A stretch of DNA of 64,000 nt from an uncultured bacterium (lineage in GTDB: Bacteria; Pseudomonadota; Gammaproteobacteria; Burkholderiales; SG8-39): positions 5,986 to 69,985 of the forward strand of contig CBDDRX010000017.1 in assembly GCA_965233165.1 (NCBI GenBank). Reading direction: 5' to 3'. Every line of letters begins with the position of its first letter. Within the stretch, counting starts at the first letter, position 1. The notes beneath the pieces are model-generated. The model worked only from the letters and a program-made list of their open reading frames with translations. It was not told where the DNA came from and searched no databases. This document shows positions 17,886 to 27,823 of the stretch, one piece after another. The translations under genes were made by a program, and so were the position numbers.

Positions 17886-18400
17886 CGCGACGCGCGCGTG
17901 CCGGGCAGCTCGAGCAGCGCCTCGATCTGGGCGCGGATGTCCGCGCTCGCCCAGTCGAGCTCGCCGAAATGCCCGTAGCGGATGCGCCCGTCCGGGCCGA
18001 TCACATAAGTAGCGGGAAGCACGCGTGCGCCCCAGGCGCGAGCCGCGCGCGTGTCGCGGTCGAGAAGCACCGTGAACCGCACCGGCAGCTTCTCGGCGAA
18101 CTCGCGCGCGAGCCGGTCGCTTTCGCCGACGTTGACCGCGAGCACCGCAAACGGCTTGCCCGCCATGCTCTCGCGCAGGCGCTCGATGCTCGGCATCTCG
18201 GCCCGGCAGGGCCCGCACCAGGTCGCCCAGAAGTTCACCAGCACGGCCTTGCCGCGATAGTCCGCGAGGCGGTGCGTCGCGCCGTCCAGGTCCTTCAGCT
18301 CCAGGGCGGGGGCGGGGCTGCCGGCCCAGGGCTTGAGCGGCTGCGCCGATGCGGCGGCGCAAGCAAGCAGGATCAGGAGCAGGCAGGCCGCGCGAAGCAT
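17882..18400 (-). CDS. TlpA-family thiol:disulfide oxidoreductase
   Basis: Signal peptide and thioredoxin active site WATWCGPC. Confidence 0.85.
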   Translation of the reverse strand: MLRAACLLLILLACAAASAQPLKPWAGSPAPALELKDLDGATHRLADYRGKAVLVNFWATWCGPCRAEMPSIERLRESMAGKPFAVLAVNVGESDRLAREFAEKLPVRFTVLLDRDTRAARAWGARVLPATYVIGPDGRIRYGHFGELDWASADIRAQIEALLELPGTRASR

Positions 18401-18444
18401 CGCCCGACTGTACCGGAAAAAACACCTCCTATAATCGGCGCGCG

Positions 18445-19026
18445 ATGACGCTGTCCGATTTCCTGGCGCTTGCGCCGCGTGGTGATTTCTGGATCTTCGG
18501 CTACGGCTCGCTCATGTGGTCGCCCGGCTTTCGCTGCAGCGAGAAATCCGCGGCGAAGGTGCACGGCTACCACCGGTCGCTGTGCGTGTATTCGCATCGC
18601 TACCGCGGCACGAAGGCGCGCCCGGGCCTGGTGATGGGACTTTGCCGCGGCGGCTCGTGCTGGGGCATGGCGTTGCGCGTCGCCTCCGCCCAGGCGCCGC
18701 GCGTCCTGGGCAACCTCTGGCGTCGGGAGATGCGCAACCGCGTGTACGAGCCGCGCTTCGTCCCGGTCCGGATCCGCGGCGGCCGGCGCATCCGTGCCCT
18801 CGCCTTCGTCGCCGATTCGGCGCACCGGCAGTTCGCCGGCGACCTCAGCCTGCGCCGCACGGCAGAGTACGTCGCGCAGGGACGCGGCGAGCGCGGGCGC
18901 AACGTCGACTACGTCAGCTCCACCATCGCCCACATGCACGAGCTGGGCCTGCGCGACCCGCACCTCGACCGCATCCTGCTGGCGGTCCTCTCGCTGCAGA
19001 GCCGCCGCCGCGCTAGAGCGCGCTGA
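18445..19026 (+). CDS. ChaC-family gamma-glutamylcyclotransferase
   Basis: Internal ATG 18445 chosen. FGYGSLMW and the downstream ChaC pattern (HRGTKARPGLVMGL). Confidence 0.75.
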   Translation: MTLSDFLALAPRGDFWIFGYGSLMWSPGFRCSEKSAAKVHGYHRSLCVYSHRYRGTKARPGLVMGLCRGGSCWGMALRVASAQAPRVLGNLWRREMRNRVYEPRFVPVRIRGGRRIRALAFVADSAHRQFAGDLSLRRTAEYVAQGRGERGRNVDYVSSTIAHMHELGLRDPHLDRILLAVLSLQSRRRARAR

Positions 19027-20155
19027 CGGCCGACGAAATCCGGCGCAGCGCCTCGCGTAGGCGCGCCTTCTGGGTGCCGAAGTTCAGGCGCGCGAACTGC
19101 GGCGCGCCGAACTGCGCGCCGGGAGACAGGGCGACGCCGTGACCGAGGAAGTGCTGCATCGGGTCCGGCACGCCGAGGGCGGAGCAATCGATCCAGGCGA
19201 GGAACGTCGCCTCCACGTGCGCCAGCGCAAGCCCCGGGAGCGCCGCGATTTCCCGCTCCACGAGATCCCGGTTGCCGCGCAGGTACGCAAGCTGGGCTTC
19301 GAGCCAGGCGGCGCCGTCGCGATAGGCGGCGAGGGCAGCGAGAATGCCGAAGACGGTCGGGCCGGGCAGCGCGTGGCCCTGCACGTCCGCGGCGAACGCG
19401 CGGCGCAGGCCGGGATCCTCGATGATCGCCCACGCGCATCCCGCGCCTGGGAAGTTGAATGCCTTGTTCGGCGAGAGCAGCGTCACCGTGCGCCGCCCGA
19501 TCTCGGGCGCGAGGCTCGCGATCGGGACGTGCGCGCGATCCGGATCCAGGACGAGGTCGCAGTGGATCTCGTCGGAGACGATGATCGCGTCGCCGCTCGC
19601 CTCGGCGAGCGCCGCGAGCTCCGCGCGCGTGAAGACCGTTCCGCCTGGGTTCTGCGGATTGCAGAGGTAGAACATGCGCGTGCGCGGCGTCCGTGCGCGG
19701 CGCAAGGCATCCACGTCGAATACCCAGCGCCCGCGATCGAGAACGAGCGGCGCGTCCATCCGGGCGCGCGGCGCGAGCTCCGGCGCGCGCGTGAGGTGGT
19801 GGTAGACGGGCTTCGGGGCGATCACGTGCTCATCCGGCCGCGTCAGCGAGCGCACGGCGTGATGCAGCCCGGGCACCACGCCCGGCAGGAAGACGATCCA
19901 TCCGGGATGCACCTGCCAGCCGTAGAGCCGGCGCAGGCGCTCGACGATCGCCGCGACGAGCTCCGGCGGGGGCACCGTGTAGCCCAGCACGCCATGCTCG
20001 AGCCGCGCGGCGAGCGCACGCAGCACCTCGGGCGGGGCGCGGAAATCGGTGTCCGCGACCCAGAGCGGGATGACATCCCGCCCGGCGTAGCGGTCCCAGC
20101 GCGTGCTCCAGGTGCCGGCACGATCGACCGGCGCATCGAAATCGTAGCGGCTCAA
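19013..20155 (-). CDS. PatB/MalY-type PLP-dependent C-S lyase (aminotransferase class I/II)
   Basis: Probable TTG start 20155 overlapping the MBL stop (TTGA). N-terminus YDFDAPVDRAGTWSTRWD and PLP-lysine motif SPNKAFNFPG. Confidence 0.8.
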   Translation of the reverse strand: MSRYDFDAPVDRAGTWSTRWDRYAGRDVIPLWVADTDFRAPPEVLRALAARLEHGVLGYTVPPPELVAAIVERLRRLYGWQVHPGWIVFLPGVVPGLHHAVRSLTRPDEHVIAPKPVYHHLTRAPELAPRARMDAPLVLDRGRWVFDVDALRRARTPRTRMFYLCNPQNPGGTVFTRAELAALAEASGDAIIVSDEIHCDLVLDPDRAHVPIASLAPEIGRRTVTLLSPNKAFNFPGAGCAWAIIEDPGLRRAFAADVQGHALPGPTVFGILAALAAYRDGAAWLEAQLAYLRGNRDLVEREIAALPGLALAHVEATFLAWIDCSALGVPDPMQHFLGHGVALSPGAQFGAPQFARLNFGTQKARLREALRRISSAVSAL

Positions 20156-20937
20156 TCCAGCCTTGCCGCGACGCCCTGCAGGCCTTCGCACGCCGGATAG
20201 CGCTCGAGCACGAGCGGATCGTGCCCGGGGATGATGTGCTGCGGCGAGGCGGCGAGCTCGCCCACCCGGCCGTAACCGGCAACCATGTCGGGCACCGACC
20301 ACACGATCGGATAGGGCCTCGCCTGCTCGAGGTTGGCGTAGAAATGCGCCGCATCCGAGGCGAGCACCAGCCAGCCGCGGCGCGTATGCACGCGCACGAC
20401 CTGCAGCCCGAGCGTGTGCCCGCCGATCAGGTGCACGGAGACGCCGGGGAACAGCTCCGCGTCGCCGTCATGGAAGCGCACCCGCCCGGCATACGCGCGG
20501 CGCACCATGCCGACCACGTCTTCCACGTCGAATGCCGCCGCGTGCTGCGCCTGCGCCATGTGGCGGCCGGTGGCGAAGCGCATCTCGAGGTCCTGCAGGT
20601 GGTAGGTCGCGGCGGGAAAAAGCTCGAAGTTGCCGACATGGTCGTAATGCAAGTGCGTGATGACGACGTCGCGCACGCGGGCGGCATCCACGCCGAGGCT
20701 GCGCAAGCCCTCGCTCGGGCAGCGCAGGTGCGTCCTGCCGCGCCGCGCGGCGACGGCGGCGGAGAAGCCGGTGTCGACCACGAGGTCGCCCGAGGGCCCG
20801 CGCACGAGCCAGACGAAGTAGTCGAGCGGCATCGGCCCGTCGTGCGCATCCCGCGGCCCGCCGTCGAGGAAGTTCTCGGACGCGCGGCGCTCGTGCTGCG
20901 CGTACTTGATGGCGTAGACCTCGTGGCGCGGGGTCAC
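20152..20937 (-). CDS. MBL-fold metallo-hydrolase (N-acyl-homoserine-lactonase-like)
   Basis: HxHxDH motif (ITHLHYDHVGN). 261 aa. Confidence 0.75.
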   Translation of the reverse strand: MTPRHEVYAIKYAQHERRASENFLDGGPRDAHDGPMPLDYFVWLVRGPSGDLVVDTGFSAAVAARRGRTHLRCPSEGLRSLGVDAARVRDVVITHLHYDHVGNFELFPAATYHLQDLEMRFATGRHMAQAQHAAAFDVEDVVGMVRRAYAGRVRFHDGDAELFPGVSVHLIGGHTLGLQVVRVHTRRGWLVLASDAAHFYANLEQARPYPIVWSVPDMVAGYGRVGELAASPQHIIPGHDPLVLERYPACEGLQGVAARLD

Positions 20938-20946
20938 TGGATCAGC

Positions 20947-22134
20947 TCACTTGATGGTGACGCGGGCGAACTTTCGCTTTCCGACCTGCACGACGTAGGG
21001 GCCGCCGCGCCCGAGCTGCAGCGCGCGGTCGACCACTTTCTCGCCGTCGATCTTCACCCCGCCCTGCTCGATCATGCGGCTCGCCTCGGTCGTGCTCGGC
21101 ACGAGCCCGGCATCCTTCAGAACCTTCAGGATGTGCCCGTCGTCCAGCGCTTTCTCCGGCATATCCGCGGGCAGCGCCCCGTCCCGGAAACGCGCGGCGA
21201 AGTCCGCCTCGGCGCGCTCCGCCGCCTGCGCGCCATGGAAGCGGGCGACGATCTCCTTCGCGAAGCGGGCCTTCACGTCGCGCGGGTTGCCGCCGCTCGC
21301 AACCTCCTCGCGCCATTTCTTCACCGTGGCGGGCGGCGCGAAGGACAGCAGCTCGATGTAGCGCCACATGAGATCGTCCGACACCGACATCAGCTTGCCG
21401 AACATCTCCTGCGCCGGCTCGGCGATCCCGACGTAGTTGCCGAGCGACTTCGACATCTTCTCCTTGCCGTCGAGGCCTTCGAGCAGCGGCATGGTCAGGA
21501 TGCATTGCGGCTCCTGCCCATAGGCGCGCTGCAGCTCGCGGCCGACCAGCAGGTTGAACTTCTGGTCGGTGCCGCCCAGCTCGACATCGGCCTTCATCGC
21601 CACCGAGTCGTAGCCCTGCATGAGGGGGTACAGAAGCTCGTGCAAGGCGATCGGCTTCTCCGCCTGGAAGCGCTTGCTGAAGTCGTCGCGCTCGAGGAGC
21701 TGGGACACGGTGTACTTGGCCGCGAGGCGGATGATCCCTTCCGCGCCGAGCGGGTCGGACCACTTGGAGTTGAACAGGATCTCCGTCTTGTCCGGGTCCA
21801 GGATCTTGAACACTTGGTCGCGGTAGGTCTGCGCGTTCTTAAGGATCTCCTCCCGGGTGAGCGGCGGGCGGGTCTGGTTCTTCCCGGTCGGGTCGCCGAT
21901 CATCCCGGTGAAGTCGCCGATCAGGAACTGGACCTGGTGGCCCAGGTCCTGGAAGTGGCGCAGCTTGTTGATCACGACCGTATGCCCGAGGTGCAGGTCC
22001 GGGGCGGTGGGATCCAGGCCGAGCTTGATCCGGAGCTTCCGGCCGGTCGCCAGCTTCTTCTCCAGCTCCTCCTGCACGATCAGCTCGTGGCACCCCCGAC
22101 GAATGGTCTCAATGGCCTGTTGGATGGAGGTCAT
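20947..22134 (-). CDS. tyrS: tyrosine--tRNA ligase
   Basis: HIGH-type motif (PDLHLGH), KMSKS motif and an S4-like C-terminus. Confidence 0.95.
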   Translation of the reverse strand: MTSIQQAIETIRRGCHELIVQEELEKKLATGRKLRIKLGLDPTAPDLHLGHTVVINKLRHFQDLGHQVQFLIGDFTGMIGDPTGKNQTRPPLTREEILKNAQTYRDQVFKILDPDKTEILFNSKWSDPLGAEGIIRLAAKYTVSQLLERDDFSKRFQAEKPIALHELLYPLMQGYDSVAMKADVELGGTDQKFNLLVGRELQRAYGQEPQCILTMPLLEGLDGKEKMSKSLGNYVGIAEPAQEMFGKLMSVSDDLMWRYIELLSFAPPATVKKWREEVASGGNPRDVKARFAKEIVARFHGAQAAERAEADFAARFRDGALPADMPEKALDDGHILKVLKDAGLVPSTTEASRMIEQGGVKIDGEKVVDRALQLGRGGPYVVQVGKRKFARVTIK

Positions 22135-22203
22135 AGTCGATTTGAGGGGCGAGGGTTCTTTGCTAGACTCGCTGCAGGCGTCAATACAAGAGTTTGAAAT
22201 TCA

Positions 22204-23472
22204 ATGAATTTTAGCGGAAGCACGGGAACCCGCGGCCTGCTCCTCAAGGGGGCGGCCGTGCTCGCGCTCGCCGCCTCCGGCGTGGTCGCGTTCGCCACCA
22301 TCCTGCCCGACCCCTATGCCGAGGCGCAGCTGCTCTCCAAGGCCTCCGTGGAGTCCATCCCCATCCGTGCGGAGCAGGTGCTCGCCTCGCCGGAGTCGTA
22401 CATCGCCGAGGAGCGCTTCCAGCGCGGCGATACCCTCGCCGCCTTCCTCGACCGCCTCGGCGTCGCCGATGCCGAGTCCGCCCGCCTCGCGCGCCTGCGC
22501 CCGCTGCAGCAGCTGCGGCCCGGAACCTACGTCCGCGCGGAGGTCGGGGCCGATGGCGTGCCGCGCACCCTCAGCTTCCTGAGCGGCCGGGACGCGCTGG
22601 TCCAGATCATCGCCGAGCCGGCGGGCGCCGGCTTCGAATATCGCGCCGGGGAAGTGACCTCTCCGCTGCAGCAGCGCGTCGCCATGAAATCGGGGACGAT
22701 CCGCAGCTCGCTGTTCGCGTCCATCGACGCGGCGGGCATCCCGGATGCAGTGGGCATGCAGATCGCGGAGATCTTCGGCGGCGACGTCGATTTCCACCGC
22801 GACCTGCGCAACGGCGACCGCTTTTCGGTCGTCTACGAGGAGCACCATTTCGCCGGCACGCCGGTCCGCGCGGGGCGCGTGCTTTCGGCCGAGTTCACGA
22901 ACAACGGCAGGACCTTCCGGGCGGTGCTTTACGGCCGCAGCTATTACACGCCGGAAGGCAACAACCTGCGCAAAGCGTTCCTGCGCTCGCCGCTGGAGTT
23001 CTCGCGCGTGAGCTCCGGCTTCGGCATGCGTCGCCATCCCATCGCGAAAGGCTGGCGGGAGCACAAAGGCATCGACTATGCGGCGCCGATCGGGACACGC
23101 GTTCGCGCCGTCGGCGATGGCGTCGTCGAGTACGCAGGTCCGAAAGGCGGCTACGGAAACGTGGTCATCCTGCGCCACCACGGCCAGTATGCGACGGTGT
23201 ATGCCCACCTCAGCCGGATCAACGTGAAGCGCGGCGCGCGCGTCGCGCAGAACGATACGATCGGCGCCGTCGGCCGAACCGGCTGGGCGACCGGCCCGCA
23301 CCTGCACTACGAGTTCCGCATTGCCGGCCAGGCGCGCAATCCCTTCTCCATCGCCATGCCGGCCGCGCATCCGGTGCCGCCGCAGGAGATCGCGCTGTTC
23401 CGCGAGCATGCCTCCCCGCTTCTCGCGCGCCTCAACCTCCTGGCGAACAGCAGCCTCGCCTCCCTGGAGTAA
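22204..23472 (+). CDS. M23-family peptidoglycan DD-metalloendopeptidase
   Basis: N-terminal membrane/signal segment. C-terminal LytM domain (HKGIDYAAPIGTRV ... GWATGPHLHYEF). Confidence 0.85.
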   Translation: MNFSGSTGTRGLLLKGAAVLALAASGVVAFATILPDPYAEAQLLSKASVESIPIRAEQVLASPESYIAEERFQRGDTLAAFLDRLGVADAESARLARLRPLQQLRPGTYVRAEVGADGVPRTLSFLSGRDALVQIIAEPAGAGFEYRAGEVTSPLQQRVAMKSGTIRSSLFASIDAAGIPDAVGMQIAEIFGGDVDFHRDLRNGDRFSVVYEEHHFAGTPVRAGRVLSAEFTNNGRTFRAVLYGRSYYTPEGNNLRKAFLRSPLEFSRVSSGFGMRRHPIAKGWREHKGIDYAAPIGTRVRAVGDGVVEYAGPKGGYGNVVILRHHGQYATVYAHLSRINVKRGARVAQNDTIGAVGRTGWATGPHLHYEFRIAGQARNPFSIAMPAAHPVPPQEIALFREHASPLLARLNLLANSSLASLE

Positions 23473-23475
23473 GGC

Positions 23476-24678
23476 CTACCGGTAGAGCAGCACGGGCTCG
23501 CGCTCGCCGAGCCATGCCTGCTCGTCCTCGCGAGCGAGCGCGTCCAGGTCGGCGGGCGTCGCCGCGGGATCGTCCACCCACTTGCGCAGCAGCTCGCTGC
23601 CATTGATCAGGTCGATGGCCAGGCGGCCCTCCTCGTACTCGTAGGGAAAATCGCGCCACAGCGGATAGCCGGGCTGCAAAGCGCGCAGCGCCTTGAAGGC
23701 GAGCGCGACCAGGCGCCAGGGGCGGAACGCCTCGTGGGCGTAGCCCGGATCGTCGACGTGGATCTGCAGGCCGGAGCACAGCTTTCCGGCATGCTTGTGG
23801 AAGGTCGGCTCGAACCAGCATTCGCGCAGCCTGCATCCGGCGAGCCAGGCGGGCGCGAGGGCGTGCATTTTCTCCAGGAGGCGCCGGGCATCGATGTCCG
23901 GCGCGCCGAAGACCTCCAGCGGTCGGGTCGTTCCGCGTCCTTCCGACAGCGTGGTGCCTTCGAGCATCACCGTGCCGGCATAGCACCGCGCCATGGACAC
24001 GTTCGGCGCATTCGGGCTCGGATTGATCCACGAGCGGTCCGCCGGCCATCCGAAGCCTGGAGCCTGCGAGGGCTGCCACCCCTCCATGGCGATGGCACGG
24101 CAATCGACGTCAAGCCCGAGGTGGGCGACGAACCAGTTCGCGAGCTCGGCCATCGTCAGTCCGTGGCGCATGGGCAACGGGCCGGCACCGACGAAGCTTT
24201 CCCACCCGGCGCGCAGGCGCAGGCCCTCGACGGGGCGGCCGGCGGGATTCGGCCGGTCCAGCACCCAGACCGACTTGCGATGCCGTGCCGCCGCCTCCAG
24301 CACATAGCGCAGGGTGGTGATGAACGTGTAGATCCGGCAGCCGAGATCCTGAAGATCGACGAGGAGCAGGTCATAGCTCTCGATCATTTCCGGCGTCGGG
24401 CGCCGTACCTTGCCGTACAGGCTGAAGACCGGGATACCGTGGCGAGGATCGACAAAGTCCGGCGACTCGACCATGTTGTCCTGCTTGTCGCCGCGCAAGC
24501 CGTGCTGCGGACCGAACGCCGCCTCCAGCCGGACGTCCCCTAGTATCGCGAGCGCGTCTAGGGAGTGCGTGAGATCCGCGGTGACGGAGGCGGGATGCGC
24601 GAGAAGCGCCACGCGCTTTCCGGCAAGCGGGCGCCTGAGCGCCGCATCGGAGAGTAGGCGGTCAATCCCGAATTTCAT
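23476..24678 (-). CDS. DUF1343 protein (NamZ-like exo-beta-N-acetylmuramidase family)
   Basis: 400 aa. Family-typical N-terminus (KRVALLAHPASVT...). The functional name is from memory of the family. Confidence 0.75.
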   Translation of the reverse strand: MKFGIDRLLSDAALRRPLAGKRVALLAHPASVTADLTHSLDALAILGDVRLEAAFGPQHGLRGDKQDNMVESPDFVDPRHGIPVFSLYGKVRRPTPEMIESYDLLLVDLQDLGCRIYTFITTLRYVLEAAARHRKSVWVLDRPNPAGRPVEGLRLRAGWESFVGAGPLPMRHGLTMAELANWFVAHLGLDVDCRAIAMEGWQPSQAPGFGWPADRSWINPSPNAPNVSMARCYAGTVMLEGTTLSEGRGTTRPLEVFGAPDIDARRLLEKMHALAPAWLAGCRLRECWFEPTFHKHAGKLCSGLQIHVDDPGYAHEAFRPWRLVALAFKALRALQPGYPLWRDFPYEYEEGRLAIDLINGSELLRKWVDDPAATPADLDALAREDEQAWLGEREPVLLYR

Positions 24679-25180
24679 CGAGGCTCAGCGCGAACGCGTC
24701 GCGGTGGTGGAAGTCCGGCTTTCCGGGCGCGTGCCGCAGAGCCCAGTACGAAAGCGCCCCGTCTGCTGCCTCGACTACGGCGCAGAGCGCGACGCTTGCC
24801 GCGTCAGCGGAAACGGGGATGGTCGCTTCCAGCCGCCCTGGCGCCCAGGTCGTCTCGATCCGCGCATCGAGACGGGACATGCCCGCGCGATAGCGCTCGA
24901 AGCGATAGGCGGCGAACTCGCCGGACGGGGAAAAGTTGTATTCGTCGTAGCCATCCCCCGCGCCGCACGTGAAGGCTTCGCAGCACGTGTGGCGCCAGAG
25001 CCCCTCGGCGAAGCCCGGCGGCCGCGGCGGGGGAAGGCGGAGGGAAGCCGGCCTGGCGCGAATCTCGTAGGTCAGCTTCAAGCGCGCGCCGGGCAGGCGC
25101 TCGACGCGGACCTCGATGCGCTCGACCGCCCGGCAGGGCGTGCCGGGGTGCGGGACTAGACCGAGAACGACGACCCGCAA
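24662..25180 (-). CDS. conserved hypothetical protein (possibly DOMON-like fold)
   Basis: 172 aa with a TTG start. It overlaps the erpA 3' end by 25 nt and the DUF1343 start by 17 nt. Non-repetitive sequence ([10 protein letters not shown]...[21 protein letters not shown]). Family assignment is weak. Confidence 0.5.
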   Translation of the reverse strand: MRVVVLGLVPHPGTPCRAVERIEVRVERLPGARLKLTYEIRARPASLRLPPPRPPGFAEGLWRHTCCEAFTCGAGDGYDEYNFSPSGEFAAYRFERYRAGMSRLDARIETTWAPGRLEATIPVSADAASVALCAVVEAADGALSYWALRHAPGKPDFHHRDAFALSLDEIRD

Positions 25181-25506
25181 CCGCAGGTGCTCTGCGCGTT
25201 GGGGTTCTTGATCACGAACTGGGCGCCTTCCAGGCCTTCCTGGTAGTCGATCTCGGCGCCGGTCAGGTACTGGTAGCTCATCGGGTCGATCAGAAGCATC
25301 ACGCCGTTCTTCTCCATGACGGCGTCGTCCTCGTTCTGCACCTCGTCGAAAGTGAAGCCGTACTGGAACCCGGAGCAGCCGCCGCCGGTGACGAAGACGC
25401 GCAGCTTGAGGTCGGGGTTGCCCTCTTCCTCGATGAGGCTCTTCACCTTGTTCGCCGCGTTGTCGCTGAAGTTGAGCGGCACCGGCATTTCCGTGACTGC
25501 GTTCAT
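25156..25506 (-). CDS. erpA: iron-sulfur cluster insertion protein ErpA
   Basis: 116 aa from internal ATG 25506. A-type carrier motifs [11 protein letters not shown] and C-terminal CGCGSSF. Confidence 0.9.
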   Translation of the reverse strand: MNAVTEMPVPLNFSDNAANKVKSLIEEEGNPDLKLRVFVTGGGCSGFQYGFTFDEVQNEDDAVMEKNGVMLLIDPMSYQYLTGAEIDYQEGLEGAQFVIKNPNAQSTCGCGSSFSV

Positions 25507-25531
25507 CCTTGGCTCCTGTTGTGCGCCTGTT

Positions 25532-25930
25532 TCAACCACCGGAGGCGAGCTTGAGCTCGACGCCCTTTGCTTCCGCCCCCCGATGCACGAGGCGCCCTTC
25601 GACGACCGCGCCCTGCTGTATCTCGATGCTCTTGTAGTGCACGTCCCCTTTGACCCGCGAGCTCGCCTGGAGTTCGAGGGTCTCGGTGGCGTGGACCGGG
25701 CCGTTGATCGTGCCGTTCACGACGATATGCGCCGCCTGCACCTCTCCGTCGATGCGCGCTTCCGACGAAACTACCAGGGTGCCCGGCTGGTCGGCGACGC
25801 AGGCGACGTTTCCGCGCACCATGCCGTCCACGCGCAGGCCGCCGGTGAAAATGACGTTGCCTTCGATCCGCGTCGTCGCGCCGATGAGGCTGTCGATCCT
25901 GTTCTGCGGCTTGCTCGCCTTGCAGAACAT
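25532..25930 (-). CDS. bactofilin (polymer-forming cytoskeletal protein)
   Basis: 132 aa. Beta-helical repeat pattern ([21 protein letters not shown] ... [20 protein letters not shown]). Confidence 0.8.
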   Translation of the reverse strand: MFCKASKPQNRIDSLIGATTRIEGNVIFTGGLRVDGMVRGNVACVADQPGTLVVSSEARIDGEVQAAHIVVNGTINGPVHATETLELQASSRVKGDVHYKSIEIQQGAVVEGRLVHRGAEAKGVELKLASGG

Positions 25931-25949
25931 TCTTCGTCTCCCTTGCGGC

Positions 25950-26705
25950 CTACAGGGCCACCGAGTGCGTCGCGCGCGGCTGCGTCGCGCTGCCTTCGTA
26001 GACCCGGACCTGCACGCTCTCCACCTTCGCCTTCGGGCTCACCCGGAAGGTCCCTTCGACCCTCTGGAAGTACTTGAATCCAAGCTTGAAAGCGCCCGCT
26101 CCGGCATCGCCCGGCTCAGGGAAGCTCATGATAGCACTGCGCTCCCCTTCCGTCAGGTTCACGACCAGCTCGAGACGGCCGTAGAACTCGCGCTGCTGCC
26201 GGGACGTCGGGGTCAAAAGCAGAAGGCGGTAGCGGTACTCGCCGGGCAGGACGTCGGGCTCGACCTTGAAGCGGTAGACAGAGACCGTACTGGCGCTACG
26301 GGCTTCCGACTGCAGCATGCTCTCGAAGGTGGCGAGCTCCTCCTTCAGCCGGGCGTTGTCCTTCTCGAGCGCCCGGATCTGCTGGGCGAGGTTCTGCTGC
26401 GCGGTGCGCTCGATCGAAAGTCGGCTGTCGGCCGCGTTCGCTACCGCGCGCAGGCGCTCGAGCTCCATGCGTGCTTGCTCGAGCTGCCCGCGGACGCCGC
26501 GCAGCTCGTCCTGCACCTCGCTGCGGTCGAAGCCGGCGAACTGCCTCCCGGCGTCGTAGATCCAGGCCGCGGACGCCGCCGAGACGCCGAGCAGCACGGC
26601 CACGCCGATCCAGCGCCAGTACCACGGAATGTGCGAATAGACCGCGACCCGCGGCGCCGCGATGCCGAACCGCTGGCGCAGCTTCCAGAAGCGCCCGGCG
26701 GGCAT
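25950..26705 (-). CDS. membrane-anchored coiled-coil protein (DUF6776-like, from memory)
   Basis: N-terminal TM (WIGVAVLLGVSAASAAWIY), a coiled-coil stretch (LEQARMELERLRAV...IRALEKDNARLKEELATFE) and a beta-rich C-domain. Confidence 0.6.
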   Translation of the reverse strand: MPAGRFWKLRQRFGIAAPRVAVYSHIPWYWRWIGVAVLLGVSAASAAWIYDAGRQFAGFDRSEVQDELRGVRGQLEQARMELERLRAVANAADSRLSIERTAQQNLAQQIRALEKDNARLKEELATFESMLQSEARSASTVSVYRFKVEPDVLPGEYRYRLLLLTPTSRQQREFYGRLELVVNLTEGERSAIMSFPEPGDAGAGAFKLGFKYFQRVEGTFRVSPKAKVESVQVRVYEGSATQPRATHSVAL

Positions 26706-26713
26706 CGATTGCC

Positions 26714-27751
26714 CTAGGGCACCACGGGCAGGTGCTCCAGGCCCATGGTCTCAGGAAGGCCGCACATCAGGTTCATGTTCTGCACCGCTTGCCCGGAGGC
26801 GCCCTTCACGAGGTTGTCGATCACCGAAAGGACCACGAGCGTGTCGGACCGGCGCCCTTCGGGCGGCCGATGGACGGCGATGCGGCATACGTTCGCTGCG
26901 CGGACCGAGCGCGTATCGGGATGGCTGCCCGCAGGCATGACGTCGACGAACGGCTCGCCGGCATAGCGCTTCTCGTACAAAGCCTGGAAGTCGACCTCCT
27001 TCGCAATTCGCGCGTACAGCGTCGCCTCGATCCCGCGGATGATGGGCAGAAGGTGCGGGGTGAACACGAGGCCCACGTCGCGCCCTGCCACCTGCGACAG
27101 CTGTGCCCGCGTCTCGGGCCAATGCCGGTGGCCATCGACCTTGTAGGCGGCGAAGTTGTCCGAAGCTTCCGGAAAGGCAAGACCCAGCTCTGCCTTGCGC
27201 CCCGCGCCGCTCACGCCGGACTTCGCGTCCGCGATGAGGTGCTCGACGTCGACGCAGCCGGCCTCGAGGAGGGGAAGGAACCCCAGCTGCATGGCGGTCG
27301 GGTAGCACCCGGGATTCGCCACCAGCCGCGCGGTGCGGATCCGCTCGCGATGGAGCTCGCAAAGCCCGTAGACCGCCTCGCGGACGAGGTCAGGAGCGCT
27401 GTGCTTCATCTTGTACCAGCGCTCCCATTCTTCCAGGTCCTTGATCCGGAAATCCGCGGAGAGGTCGATCACCTTGGCGCCCGCGTCGAGCAGCCCGCGC
27501 GCCTCGGTCATCGCCACGCCGTGCGGCGTGGCGAAGAACACCACGTCGCAGCCCGCGAGCGCCTTTGCCGAGGGTTCCGTGAACGCGAGATCGACCTGCC
27601 CGCGCAGGCTGGGAAACATCGCCGCGACCTTCGACCCCGCTTCCTTGCGGGAGGTGATTGCTCGCAACTCGGCTTCCGGATGGCGTGCGAGCAGCCTCAG
27701 GAGCTCGACTCCCGTGTACCCCGTACCACCGACGATGCCGACTTTGATCAT
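26714..27751 (-). CDS. argC: N-acetyl-gamma-glutamyl-phosphate reductase
   Basis: 345 aa. [11 protein letters not shown] Rossmann motif and active-site region NPGCYPT. Confidence 0.95.
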   Translation of the reverse strand: MIKVGIVGGTGYTGVELLRLLARHPEAELRAITSRKEAGSKVAAMFPSLRGQVDLAFTEPSAKALAGCDVVFFATPHGVAMTEARGLLDAGAKVIDLSADFRIKDLEEWERWYKMKHSAPDLVREAVYGLCELHRERIRTARLVANPGCYPTAMQLGFLPLLEAGCVDVEHLIADAKSGVSGAGRKAELGLAFPEASDNFAAYKVDGHRHWPETRAQLSQVAGRDVGLVFTPHLLPIIRGIEATLYARIAKEVDFQALYEKRYAGEPFVDVMPAGSHPDTRSVRAANVCRIAVHRPPEGRRSDTLVVLSVIDNLVKGASGQAVQNMNLMCGLPETMGLEHLPVVP

Positions 27752-27760
27752 GGGACCCCT

Positions 27761-27789
27761 AAAAGCAAAAGCCGCCTTGCGGCGGCTTT
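27761..27789 (-). terminator. rho-independent terminator downstream of rpsI, abutting the argC start
   Basis: On the minus strand: GAAAGCCGCC-GCAA-GGCGGCTTT followed by TGCTTTT. A 9-bp GC-rich stem with a U-rich tail. Confidence 0.7.
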
Positions 27790-27823
27790 CGAACCTGTGA
27801 AGCCTGGAACCGTGAACCTTCGT

